From NCBI GenBank assembly GCA_026016245.1, contig CP061211.1:270001-302000 (forward strand): DNA of 32,000 nucleotides. Direction: 5' to 3'. A program made the position numbers and the translations under genes. The first letter of the stretch is position 1; each line of letters starts with the position of its first letter. Of the stretch, positions 7,782 through 15,787 are shown in pieces. The stretch is from Candidatus Pacearchaeota archaeon (GTDB taxonomy: Archaea > Nanobdellota > Nanobdellia > Pacearchaeales > UBA284). The notes beneath the pieces were generated by a model. The model was given only the letters and a program-made list of their open reading frames with translations. It made no database searches and was not told where the DNA came from.

Positions 7782-8132
7782 TTATTCAGCTTCTTCTTCA
7801 GGTTTTTCTTCAACGGTCTCAGCTTCAGCAGATGGAGCTTCTCCTTCTCCAATAACTTCTATCTTTCCTAATTTCCCTGTTGTAACTTGTTTCTCTCCTT
7901 GGAACTCTTTACAGAAACCATTTGTCAACTTTATTTTGTCTCCTTCTTTTACTCTGTCTATATCTTCGTTCCACAAAGACATATTTATTGTTCCAGTGTC
8001 ATCTTTGACAGTTGCTGTTGCCACACGAATAGGTCTCCCAAAACGAACAAATGTCCTAATCTCCCCTATTTCAGCAATTGTAGCCTCTTCTATGTCTGCT
8101 TTCTGACCGACTTTCAAATCCGCAATTTTCAT
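7782..8132 (-). CDS. Single OB-fold ssDNA-binding protein (SSB/RPA-like) with acidic C-terminal tail
   Basis: Shows the OB-fold pattern used by short archaeal SSB/RPA proteins (V..ATV.DDTGTINMSLWNEDI..VKEGDKIKLTNGF...G...). The tail is acidic (EAETVEEKPEEEAE). It sits next to the RFC genes. Confidence 0.6.
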   Translation of the reverse strand: MKIADLKVGQKADIEEATIAEIGEIRTFVRFGRPIRVATATVKDDTGTINMSLWNEDIDRVKEGDKIKLTNGFCKEFQGEKQVTTGKLGKIEVIGEGEAPSAEAETVEEKPEEEAE

Positions 8133-8169
8133 TTTAAATTCCTTTTTAATATTATGTAAAAATATGTTT

Positions 8170-9324
8170 TTAAAGGTTTGTAAAAGGGATATTATCTTGG
8201 AAAGCTATCTCTAGGAAAGGAAGCTCTTTATATGCTCTTTTTTTTGATGTGTGTATAATCTTAGCTAATTTTTCAGCAATTTCCTTTCTTTTTGCTTGTT
8301 TTTGTTTTACTATCCATATTTTTAATATCCTTGAAGGTGGTTTGTATGATGTAAAATCTGTTTTTGCTTCTTTTTTTGAATTAGAGATACCTTCAGTGAG
8401 CAAAGCATTTATGTAAACAAGAAAACGCCAGTGTTGCCATCTTCTTATCCTGCCTCTAAAAACATCTGCCTTGCTTAAAGCATCATAAGCCTTTGCCAGC
8501 TCTTCTCCTCGATACTCTAAAGGCAGGTTTTCATCAATCCATAAAAAAATATCATTAGTATTTATATTCTGCACATTATTAAAAGCCCTTAATGTTTTGT
8601 CTTTAGCTTTGAATATTTTTCTCAAGGCCTGGAAAATATTTTCATCTTTTTCCCTGGAACACAAGTCTAGCGCATCTTTTTTTGTTATCTCATTCTCTTT
8701 GCGTACAGAAGCCAAAATCTGCAAGTCAGTTATTGCTGCTCTGGCATCCCCTCTGGCCGTGATTGAAATAGTCTCAAAAGCATCACTGGAGATTTTTAAC
8801 TTTTCTTTTTTAGATGTTTTTTGTAAAAGAGAAACAATACTTTCTTTATCTAGAGCTTTAAGTTCAATAAACTGCGTTTTTGAACGTAGGGGCCTTAGTT
8901 TAGCTTGCCAGGCATCATTTGCCACAAGAATTATAGGATAGCAGGTTCCTATTATTAATCTCATAAGTTCGCTTAGGCCTCCCCTGTCTCTAGTTCCAGT
9001 TATCCCATCAATTTCATCCACAAGAATTATCTTTCCCTTAGAAAATAAACTTTTTTGTTGAATGGCCTGCCCAATAATTTCTTTTATTTGTTGTTTATTT
9101 CTAAAGTCAGAGGCATTTAATTCAATAATTTCATAATCAAATTCTGAAGCCAGGGCATAGGCTATAGAAGTTTTTCCACTGCCAGCAGGACCATATAACA
9201 AGACAGCTTTTCTCCTTTGTATAGGAAAATTTTTTACAAAATCAAGAATTTTCTTTCTAGCTTCGACATTTCCAACTATGTCTTTTAGTTTTCTAGGTCT
9301 ATATTTTTCAGTCCAAGGAATCAT
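8170..9324 (-). CDS. rfcL: Replication factor C large subunit
   Basis: PWTEKYRPRKLKDIVGN, Walker A LLYGPAGSGKTS, Walker B ILVDEIDG and the sensor region ARGDARAAITDLQ. The start lies 8 nt downstream of the RFC small subunit stop. Confidence 0.85.
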   Translation of the reverse strand: MIPWTEKYRPRKLKDIVGNVEARKKILDFVKNFPIQRRKAVLLYGPAGSGKTSIAYALASEFDYEIIELNASDFRNKQQIKEIIGQAIQQKSLFSKGKIILVDEIDGITGTRDRGGLSELMRLIIGTCYPIILVANDAWQAKLRPLRSKTQFIELKALDKESIVSLLQKTSKKEKLKISSDAFETISITARGDARAAITDLQILASVRKENEITKKDALDLCSREKDENIFQALRKIFKAKDKTLRAFNNVQNINTNDIFLWIDENLPLEYRGEELAKAYDALSKADVFRGRIRRWQHWRFLVYINALLTEGISNSKKEAKTDFTSYKPPSRILKIWIVKQKQAKRKEIAEKLAKIIHTSKKRAYKELPFLEIAFQDNIPFTNL

Positions 9325-9332
9325 CTTTTATT

Positions 9333-10301
9333 TTATTTTTTAGCAAGAATGAATGAAGCAAGCAAAGCCTCAAGTTGAACAAAATCATCGCTTCCCTCTA
9401 CTAATCTAAATTCTATTTCCCCACACTTCTCTACAAGTTTTAATTTTTCTTCTTCTTTAATATCTAAATTCCATATCTCTTTCTGAATTGCTTTAACTAT
9501 ATCTAATCCTCCTAGACCTTGTTTTAACATAACATCAAGAAGCCTGTTTCTGGCATCAAGGAAAGAGCCTTTTAATGCCATTTCTATGATAGTTTTTATA
9601 TCAGCTGGTTTAACCTCTGCAATAATCTCATATATTGTATTTTCATTTATGTTTTTTGATATACTTGCGCTGGCTTGAAGTATATTAATAACACGACGTA
9701 GATCGCCATTGCTCACATCATACAAGCCTTCTATAGCCTTATTATTGATCTTGAACTTCTCTTGCTTTGCGATTCTTTCAACAACTCTGGCCACATCTTT
9801 CTTGTCTAAAAGTTTGAATCTAAAAATACTGCACCTTGATTGTATAGGATCAATAATTTTACTACTGACATTACAACTGAGAATAAAACGACATGTTCCT
9901 GTAAACATTTCCATTGTTCTTCTTAATGCTTGTTGAGCTTCTTTTGTCAGAGCATCGCTTTCATCAAGAAAAATGATTTTGAAAGGCCCGCTAAAAGCCT
10001 TTGTTCTTGCAAAGCCCTTGACTTTTTGCCTTACTACATCTATTCCTCTTTCATCACTAGCATTCAACTCTAAAAAATTTTCATGCCATGCCTTACCAAA
10101 GAACTTTTTTGCTATAATTAAAGCAAGAGTTGTCTTGCCACTTCCTGCAGGACCTGAAAAAAGTAAATGTGGCATATTCTTATTCTGGACAAAGGCTCTC
10201 CCCCTCTTAACAATCTCAGAATGGCCAAGAACCTCAGAAAAGTCTTTAGGACGGTATTTCTCAGTCCAAATTACACTATCTTTAAATTCCTTAGCCTTCA
10301 T
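9333..10301 (-). CDS. rfcS: Replication factor C small subunit
   Basis: WTEKYRPKDFSEVLGH, Walker A FSGPAGSGKTT, LELNASDERGID, IIFLDESDALT, the SRC motif (PIQSRCSIFRF) and GDLRRVINILQ. The start is moved to the ATG at 10301 (MKAKEF...), which gives 322 aa and puts a TATA-like box (minus-strand ATTTATAAAA) about 25 nt upstream. The track's 5' extension to 10484 is low-complexity. Confidence 0.9.
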   Translation of the reverse strand: MKAKEFKDSVIWTEKYRPKDFSEVLGHSEIVKRGRAFVQNKNMPHLLFSGPAGSGKTTLALIIAKKFFGKAWHENFLELNASDERGIDVVRQKVKGFARTKAFSGPFKIIFLDESDALTKEAQQALRRTMEMFTGTCRFILSCNVSSKIIDPIQSRCSIFRFKLLDKKDVARVVERIAKQEKFKINNKAIEGLYDVSNGDLRRVINILQASASISKNINENTIYEIIAEVKPADIKTIIEMALKGSFLDARNRLLDVMLKQGLGGLDIVKAIQKEIWNLDIKEEEKLKLVEKCGEIEFRLVEGSDDFVQLEALLASFILAKK

Positions 10302-10380
10302 GTCTAAAAGAAAGGGGAAGTTTTTATAAATCTTATGTTCAAGAATCATTAATTCCTTAAGAGTAAGAACAAGAAAAAGG

Positions 10381-10388
10381 TTTAAATA
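10381..10388 (+). promoter_or_regulatory. TATA-like box for the 10410 gene
   Basis: TTTAAATA is centred about 26 nt upstream of the ATG at 10410. This is the spacing expected for a leaderless archaeal transcript. Confidence 0.4.
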
Positions 10389-10409
10389 TCTCCTCCTGTT
10401 TCTAATTTT

Positions 10410-11036
10410 ATGGTAAAAATTAATTTTGAATTGAGAAATCCTAGTTATTATTACATTAGTCTTACCAATTATATTGAAAATCAAATTGATAAGGTTTTAA
10501 CTAAATTAAGACAGCAGGATAAAATTAAGGGATTAGAAAAAGAAGTAGAAAAACAAAAAAAAGAGGCTGAGATTTCTTTGGACGTGGCTCTTAGAGAAGA
10601 ACGAGAAAAAAGAAAAATTCTTCAAGAAAAGTTAATAGTGGAAGCACAATTAGATAAGTATTGTAATGGTGATTCTTATATAAAAAAGATATTACCAAAA
10701 TCAAGAAAAGAGATTAAAATATTATCAGAATCTATCCCCTCAGAAAGAGAAAAGCTCCCTCGCGTTAAAATTAGTTCAAAACATCCAAGAAGTGAGGAAT
10801 ATTTAAGATTTATCAAGAAATTAGAAGGAATAAAATATATTACAGAGATTGTAGATGGAGAGGCAAGAGAAGCAAAAAAATCTAGAATTAGAAGAATAAC
10901 TGAAAAAGAAATTTTATTTATTCATGTTGATAATAATTGTCGTGGTTATCGTATTTCAGTTAAGACTACTGCTGAGAATATTAGACAGCAGCATCATATT
11001 GTAGCTTTAATAGAAGAATATTTTATTAGACCCTAG
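10410..11036 (+). CDS. Hypothetical Lys/Glu-rich coiled-coil protein
   Basis: A 208-aa ORF with a TATA-like box at the right distance. No recognisable catalytic motif. The central segment (EKEVEKQKKEAEISLDVALREEREKRKILQEKL) looks coiled-coil. Confidence 0.4.
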   Translation: MVKINFELRNPSYYYISLTNYIENQIDKVLTKLRQQDKIKGLEKEVEKQKKEAEISLDVALREEREKRKILQEKLIVEAQLDKYCNGDSYIKKILPKSRKEIKILSESIPSEREKLPRVKISSKHPRSEEYLRFIKKLEGIKYITEIVDGEAREAKKSRIRRITEKEILFIHVDNNCRGYRISVKTTAENIRQQHHIVALIEEYFIRP

Positions 11037-11892
11037 AAATAACAAATCTTGATCCTGCAAAAGCTGATATTACTGCTGTTATCAAAAGATTTCCTACTTG
11101 AGTTTTAAAAATAGGTTCAGATAATGGCTGGCCTGCTCTGTCTGCAAATTTCTGAACAGCTGCTTTTATCTCATCCTCGTTCAACGTGATTTTTGTTTCT
11201 TGTATTGTTCCTTCTCTTGTTATCTTAATAGAAAGATTAGCACCATCACATTGTATTAGAGAAACACCATCATCTTTAACAAGAGAATTTAATTTTCCTA
11301 AATCTATTCCTGTGATTGCTTCATATTTTTCTTCTGGAGGGGGAGGAGGAACAGGAGCTGGAGGTGCTAGGGCAGGAGCTTCTGGGACTTCTGGAGCTTC
11401 GGGTGTAGGAAACTGCACTGTTGGTGGTGCCATAGCCTCTTCTTCAGGAGGCCTAGCAGGAGATCTTGGTTCAGGCAGAGGATATTCTTTTTCTGGTTTT
11501 GGTGCTTTTGGCAATATAGGCAAGGGTCTCTTATAAACTGGGGCCACTTCTGTTGGGGGAGGTGTTGGTTTTGGCGCTGCTTCAACTATTTCTTCCATTT
11601 TCTCAGGCTCTACTTTTTCTTCTTCTAATGTAAGAGGTTTTAATTTTTCTCTCATTTTCCTGCCTTTCATTATGCCTAGTCTTAATTTTTTCTCAACTAC
11701 TGCAACTTCCTTTTCTGCTTTCTCCTTTTTCCCTATTTTTTTCTCTTCTATAATTTGTTTTTCTTTAGCAATAAGAAGCTGTTTCATAAAAGAGCTAAGA
11801 AATTCTCTTTCTCTAGCACTTTTTGCTTTCTCGGCAGCAGTTTCTACAGCTTTTATTTCAGATTTTATAGTTTTTGCTTTCTTTCTAGCCAT
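11026..11892 (-). CDS. Hypothetical protein: basic coiled-coil N-terminus, Pro-rich linker, and a C-terminal domain resembling the N-terminal domain of FlaI/PilB/VirB11-type secretion ATPases
   Basis: The last ~90 aa (LNSLVKDDGVSLIQCDGANLSIKITREGTIQETKITLNEDEIKAAVQKFADRAGQPLSEPIFKTQVGNLLITAVISAFAGSRFVISRV) follow the pattern found just before the Walker A core in these ATPases: (D..V.(D/E)I.(N/C)G...V......T...F..EEL...(I/V)..(L/I)A.R.G..I....P.........R..A.......G..F.IRK). The ORF stops there, so there is no ATPase core. Confidence 0.5.
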   Translation of the reverse strand: MARKKAKTIKSEIKAVETAAEKAKSAREREFLSSFMKQLLIAKEKQIIEEKKIGKKEKAEKEVAVVEKKLRLGIMKGRKMREKLKPLTLEEEKVEPEKMEEIVEAAPKPTPPPTEVAPVYKRPLPILPKAPKPEKEYPLPEPRSPARPPEEEAMAPPTVQFPTPEAPEVPEAPALAPPAPVPPPPPEEKYEAITGIDLGKLNSLVKDDGVSLIQCDGANLSIKITREGTIQETKITLNEDEIKAAVQKFADRAGQPLSEPIFKTQVGNLLITAVISAFAGSRFVISRV

Positions 11893-11905
11893 TTTAGAAA
11901 TATAA

Positions 11906-12286
11906 TTAAAAGGAAAACTCTGGTAAAGGTTTTGGTTTGTGTGTTTCTCTAGATGGTCTTGCTGGACTTGGTCTTTCTACTTTGCTTTCCCTAAGTGTTT
12001 TTTCTAAAAGAAGCAAGCCTTTTGCTATTGTCATGTTCTGCTTGACAAGATCATCTATCTTCTCTGAAAGTTCAGCAATTTCCGACGGAGCTGCTGCGGC
12101 TCCCTCTATTCTAGCTTCCTTAAAAGCCTTGCTTGCATCTTCAAATAATTTAAGCAAAGAAGAAACTTTTTTGTTCAAACTCTTAAGTTCAGTGGCTAGG
12201 TTGGTGATAGTCTTTTGTAGAGCTATAGTGTTCTCTAAAAGTAGATCTATGGCTTTAGTTGATTTTACCCCTTTTTTTGTCATCAC
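11906..12286 (-). CDS. Hypothetical coiled-coil protein with Pro-rich tail
   Basis: 126 aa, lying 13 nt upstream of the 11026-11892 gene on the same strand. It shares the short motifs SPARP and PLPE with that neighbour. Confidence 0.45.
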   Translation of the reverse strand: MMTKKGVKSTKAIDLLLENTIALQKTITNLATELKSLNKKVSSLLKLFEDASKAFKEARIEGAAAAPSEIAELSEKIDDLVKQNMTIAKGLLLLEKTLRESKVERPSPARPSRETHKPKPLPEFSF

Positions 12287-12330
12287 ATCCTAAACAAAAA
12301 GGAATTTAAAAATTTTGCTCTTAACAAAAA

Positions 12331-12338
12331 TTTATAAA
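12331..12338 (+). promoter_or_regulatory. TATA box for tRNA-Leu
   Basis: TTTATAAA is centred about 27 nt upstream of tRNA position 1 (12362). Confidence 0.5.
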
Positions 12339-12361
12339 TCTTTAACATTTTTATCTTGTAT

Positions 12362-12445
12362 GCGGGAGTGTCGGAGTGGTCAAACGAGCAGGACTTAAGA
12401 TCCTGTGGGTTAGTCCCTGCGCAGGTTCGAATCCTGTCTCCCGCA
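12362..12445 (+). tRNA. tRNA-Leu (anticodon UAA), class II with long variable arm
   Basis: GCGGGAG-TG-TCGGAGTGGTCAAACGAG-CAGGA-CTTAAGA-TCCTG-TGGGTTAGTCCCTGC-GCAGG-TTCGAAT-CCTGT-CTCCCGC-A. The acceptor stem is perfect, the anticodon loop CT-TAA-GA gives UAA, and the long variable arm is typical of Leu. Confidence 0.9.
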
Positions 12446-12454
12446 TCAGCAAGC

Positions 12455-12461
12455 TTTAAAA
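12455..12461 (+). promoter_or_regulatory. TATA-like box for SRP RNA
   Basis: TTTAAAA is centred about 26 nt upstream of the predicted SRP RNA 5' end (12484). Confidence 0.4.
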
Positions 12462-12483
12462 GTTCTTTCTGCCTCTTTTTAGT

Positions 12484-12747
12484 GGGTAGGTTAGGCTGGC
12501 ACGCTAGCCCTGTGCCGTTTGTAAATGGGCTTTATGACAAGCTGCAAGAGGAGGCGTTATATGCTTGTTGGGGAGTCCTGACTTGGACGTTGAGGTCTTG
12601 TCCTGCTTGATCTTGCCCTAGCAAACCGGGTCAGTTCCGGAAGGAGGCAGCCCTAAGTTAGAGTTAAGATGCTTGTAGGGTTGCAAGGCTGAGGAAGAGT
12701 TAGGGTAGCTTTCTAGTAAGTATAGAAGCAAATCCTCGAACCTGCCC
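12484..12747 (+). ncRNA. Signal recognition particle RNA (7S/SRP RNA)
   Basis: Contains the near-universal helix-8 motif GGGTCAGTTCCGGAAGGAGGCAGCC (compare GGUCAGGUCCGGAAGGAAGCAGCC). The 5' end reads GGGTAGGTTAGGCTGG, an Alu-domain-like start. 5' GGGTAGG pairs with 3' CCTGCCC, which is followed by TTTT. The region is much more GC-rich than its flanks. Ends are approximate, within a few nt. Confidence 0.8.
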
Positions 12748-12755
12748 TTTTAAAA

Positions 12756-13475
12756 TTATTTTAAAACTCCTCTAACATAACCAAGATTCTCTTTTTTTAA
12801 ACCAAGTGCTTCTTTTAACCCCTTATATTCAAAATTAAACATTTTTTTGATAAATTCTGGAAAAAGATCATTTGATATCCTCACTTTATATTCTGTATAA
12901 TGAGATAAATAAATATGTGCTGTTGTTTGTCCAATTGCATATTTAGAAGCAATTTCTAAACTTTTTCTTGCCTTTTCTTTTCCAAACTCTTTCAGTCTAG
13001 AATTTATGAAGGGAGTTTGAATAATTCTTTCGTGTAAATCCTTTTTAAAATTTAAATCTTTTTTATAGAATTCTTCCATGACGTTATATAATTTAATAAA
13101 ATCTGAATCTTCATATAGTTCTGAAATAAAACAAACATCAAATTCACAGCCTCCCCTTTTTATTTTTCTTAAAGTCCTTTCCATTTCTCCTTTTAATCTT
13201 CTTAATTTCTTTTCTGCTTCTTCAGAACATAAATCTTGAAATGCCACTATATTATGAACATAAATTTTATCCCATGGAATAAGCAATATTTTTTTTGCAT
13301 ACTGAAGCAGATTTATGGTTATATCTCTTATATTTTTTCTTGAATAGTATCTTGAACCAAAACTGATGCCAGCAAAACAGCTCAAGGTTTTTGGCTCATA
13401 TAAAAATTTTTTGCCAAGTCCATATGTTTCTAATATCTCTAACTTTCTAATGGGTTTTATATTTTTAATCATCAT
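12756..13475 (-). CDS. Cyclodipeptide synthase (CDPS)-like protein (putative, divergent)
   Basis: 239 aa. AGISFGSRYYSRKNIRDITINLLQYA parallels my recollection of AlbC, IGISAGNSYFSQKNTVMLLQWA. That alignment places Ser38 at the AlbC Ser37 acyl-enzyme position. It also has a basic helix (EKKLRRLKGEMERTLRKIKR), an ISEL...F...F segment, and SKYAIGQ where CDPSs have Y-x-x-x-E (Tyr179 conserved, Glu replaced by Gln183). The alignment was done by eye only. Confidence 0.5.
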   Translation of the reverse strand: MMIKNIKPIRKLEILETYGLGKKFLYEPKTLSCFAGISFGSRYYSRKNIRDITINLLQYAKKILLIPWDKIYVHNIVAFQDLCSEEAEKKLRRLKGEMERTLRKIKRGGCEFDVCFISELYEDSDFIKLYNVMEEFYKKDLNFKKDLHERIIQTPFINSRLKEFGKEKARKSLEIASKYAIGQTTAHIYLSHYTEYKVRISNDLFPEFIKKMFNFEYKGLKEALGLKKENLGYVRGVLK

Positions 13476-14860
13476 TTTAATTTTTTATATACCAAGGATA
13501 AAAATTCATCAAAAATTTTTTTATACCTTGGATGTTTTTTGATGAATTTAGAAATTCTCTTTTTATATTCTTCAGAGAAATAAAAAGTCCTTGACATCTC
13601 TCCTTGTATTTCTTTTAATTCGTTACCGCTAAAACAGGGATGGTTGAAAACTAAGTGATTTACATCATACTTTGACTTATCCTTTTCAATTAAAAATCCT
13701 TTTTCTCTTATTATTTTGTGATCCAATGTTCCTGGAAAAGGAGTATAAATTGGAAAGGAAGCTATATGAATATTATAATAAGGCAGTCTATTCATGGTTT
13801 CTTTTATCTGCTCTCTAGTTTCCTTAGGCCATCCAATAATTAAGAAAGTTTCACTAAGAATTCCTATTTCTGACGAATAGTTCAAAATTTCTTGTATTTT
13901 ATTTGAAGGACATAATTTTTTTGTTTCTTTCTTGATCCATGGGGGTTGTAGTATATTCTCTAATCCCCAACTTATCTTTACGCAACCCGCTTGCTTCATC
14001 TTTTTTAATAAACCATAACTTATGTTTCTAAACCCAGAAAGAATAGTCCAATAAATATTGAGATTTTCTTGGATTAAACTATCACACAATTCTTCTACTT
14101 TTTTAGGATTTAGAGTCATATTTAAATCTGTAAAGAAGATATAATTTATTCCAAAATTTTCTTTTAGATTTTTAAGTTGCCTTGTTATTGTCTCTGGTTT
14201 TCTATAAATGATTTTTCTACCTAAGACATTTGGGGAAGCACAAAAACTACAATTAAAAGTGCATCCCCTAGAGTATTCTAAAAAAGCTGTTTTTCTCTTT
14301 TTTGTTGGTGGATAAGACAAATAAGTAGATTTTTGTTTGAAGATCTTCTCTGTTCTAAATGGGTCTGGTAATTTATCTAAATTTTCTATCCTTTGCCTTC
14401 TTGGATTAACAACAATCCCTTCCCCTAAAAAAGCAATACCTTTTATCTTTTCATAATCTTTATTTTTTTCAATAGATGTTAATAATTCTCTGAATGTTTC
14501 TTCACCCTCCCCAAGAATAGCAAAATCAAACCCTTCTTTGATAATAGAAGGCTCTGCTGAGGGATGGTAGCCTCCAACGATAGATATTAGATTGGATTTT
14601 ATTTTTTTTAATTCTTTATTAAATTTTAGGTAAAAATCAATTCTATTTGTTGTACTTGAATATAAAATAATATTTGGATTAAAAGCAATTATTTCTTCCA
14701 TATCTTTTGTGTCTTTTGGAATGAATAAATCAACTTCATGTCCTTGACCTTGGGCTACAGCTAAAATACATTCTAGACCTAAAGGCTCATCTAAACCCCT
14801 AATTACTTCTTCAATTGTTTCTATATCCTCATGAATTTTGTAAACTCCAGCAACTTTCAT
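13472..14860 (-). CDS. B12-binding-domain radical SAM enzyme (class B-like)
   Basis: CxxxCxxC cluster motif in YSRGCTFNCSFCAS. The N-terminal ~130 aa is Rossmann-like, as in the cobalamin-binding domain of this family (...ILYSSTT...SIVGGYHPS...DFAILGEGEETF). Its TGA overlaps the downstream ATG (ATGA, 13472-13475). Confidence 0.85.
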   Translation of the reverse strand: MKVAGVYKIHEDIETIEEVIRGLDEPLGLECILAVAQGQGHEVDLFIPKDTKDMEEIIAFNPNIILYSSTTNRIDFYLKFNKELKKIKSNLISIVGGYHPSAEPSIIKEGFDFAILGEGEETFRELLTSIEKNKDYEKIKGIAFLGEGIVVNPRRQRIENLDKLPDPFRTEKIFKQKSTYLSYPPTKKRKTAFLEYSRGCTFNCSFCASPNVLGRKIIYRKPETITRQLKNLKENFGINYIFFTDLNMTLNPKKVEELCDSLIQENLNIYWTILSGFRNISYGLLKKMKQAGCVKISWGLENILQPPWIKKETKKLCPSNKIQEILNYSSEIGILSETFLIIGWPKETREQIKETMNRLPYYNIHIASFPIYTPFPGTLDHKIIREKGFLIEKDKSKYDVNHLVFNHPCFSGNELKEIQGEMSRTFYFSEEYKKRISKFIKKHPRYKKIFDEFLSLVYKKLK

Positions 14861-14900
14861 TTTATCTACTTCTTAGTGATATTTGTTTTTATTTTATTGC

Positions 14901-14916
14901 TCTCCAATATTGGAGA
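14901..14916. promoter_or_regulatory. Perfect 16-bp palindrome between divergent promoters (candidate operator)
   Basis: TCTCCAATATTGGAGA is its own reverse complement. It lies in the 89-bp gap between the rSAM start (14860, minus) and the TrmB-like start (14950, plus), flanked by A/T-rich TATA-like elements on both sides. Confidence 0.4.
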
Positions 14917-14920
14917 AAAA

Positions 14921-14928
14921 TTTAAAAA
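14921..14928 (+). promoter_or_regulatory. TATA-like box for the TrmB-like regulator
   Basis: TTTAAAAA is centred about 26 nt upstream of the ATG at 14950. Confidence 0.45.
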
Positions 14929-14949
14929 CTAGGAGAAGATTAAAGAAAT

Positions 14950-15711
14950 ATGGAAGAATTTATTAAAGCCCTAATGAAAACAGGACTAACAAAAGCTGAA
15001 TCAAAAGTTTATTTTTACTTAGTTGGTGTTTCTCAGTCAACTAGTGGAGATGTCATAAAAAATACGGGACTGCAAAGCTCAACAGTATATCATGTGGTCA
15101 ACACCTTAATAGATAAGGGGCTTGTTTCTTACACATTAAAAAATAACATAAAATACTTTCAAGTGACTGGTTTAAGTAATTTGATAAATTATTTAGATGG
15201 TCTAAAAGAAGAGATAAAAAGCTCTAAGAAAAAATTGAATAGATTATTTGCTGAAATTAAAAAATCTGAAAAAAAGGAAATTTACGAAGTAAAGGTCTTT
15301 GAAGGATGGAATGGAGTATGGAATGCATTTGAAGAATGTTTAGAAAAAACTAATAAAAAAGAACCTATTTTGATATATACCCTTAGCAAATATGTGGGGG
15401 CTGATCCAAATATGGCGAAGGCTTTAATAAATAGAATAAGAAATAAGAGATTAAAAAGAAAACTTTACGAGAAAATTATTATTAATGAATCTGAAAGAAA
15501 AACCCTTGGCAGAGACCATGAAAAATTGCCTTATACTCAAATAAAATATTTGCCTGAAAATTTATCAAATCCAGCTATAGTCCACATTTATAGTGATAGG
15601 GTTTTAATTGTGATTTCATCTAAAAAACCTATTGCAACTATGATAAAAGATAGGTTTGTTGTTGAGAGTTTTAGAAATAACTTTAAATTATTATGGAAAA
15701 TAGCTAAATAA
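14950..15711 (+). CDS. TrmB-family transcriptional regulator (winged HTH N-terminus plus C-terminal effector-like domain)
   Basis: The N-terminus LMKTGLTKAESKVYFYLVGVSQSTSGDVIKNTGLQSSTVYHVVNTLIDKGLVSY matches the TrmB HTH pattern (L..LGL...E..VY..L...G..TA.EIA...G+.R..VY..L..L..KGLV). A paralogue tail is present at 3-383. Confidence 0.75.
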   Translation: MEEFIKALMKTGLTKAESKVYFYLVGVSQSTSGDVIKNTGLQSSTVYHVVNTLIDKGLVSYTLKNNIKYFQVTGLSNLINYLDGLKEEIKSSKKKLNRLFAEIKKSEKKEIYEVKVFEGWNGVWNAFEECLEKTNKKEPILIYTLSKYVGADPNMAKALINRIRNKRLKRKLYEKIIINESERKTLGRDHEKLPYTQIKYLPENLSNPAIVHIYSDRVLIVISSKKPIATMIKDRFVVESFRNNFKLLWKIAK

Positions 15712-15787
15712 TCTAGTAAAAAGATATAAATATCAAAAACTATTTATGCATTTATAAAGTCAGAAAATAAAATGATAAGTACGATAA

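Noticed and set aside
10302-10484. 61-aa N-terminal extension of the RFC small subunit ORF
   Set aside because: The extension is not RFC-like and overlaps the start of the divergent 10410 gene. The Met at 10301 gives the normal W-x-EKYRP distance from the N-terminus and has a TATA-like box about 25 nt upstream.
11186-11585. GC-rich island with ORFs on both strands (116 aa plus strand, 72 aa minus strand alternative frame), considered as foreign DNA or a repeat element
   Set aside because: The GC spike is explained by the Pro/Ala-rich linker (CCN/GCN codons) of the 288-aa minus-strand protein. The other frames are Gly/Ser-rich or Gln-rich shadows without starts in a sensible context.
12356-12610. 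84-aa ORF on the plus strand (TTG start)
   Set aside because: It lies entirely over the tRNA-Leu gene and the 5' half of the SRP RNA. The open frame is a by-product of GC-rich structured RNA sequence.
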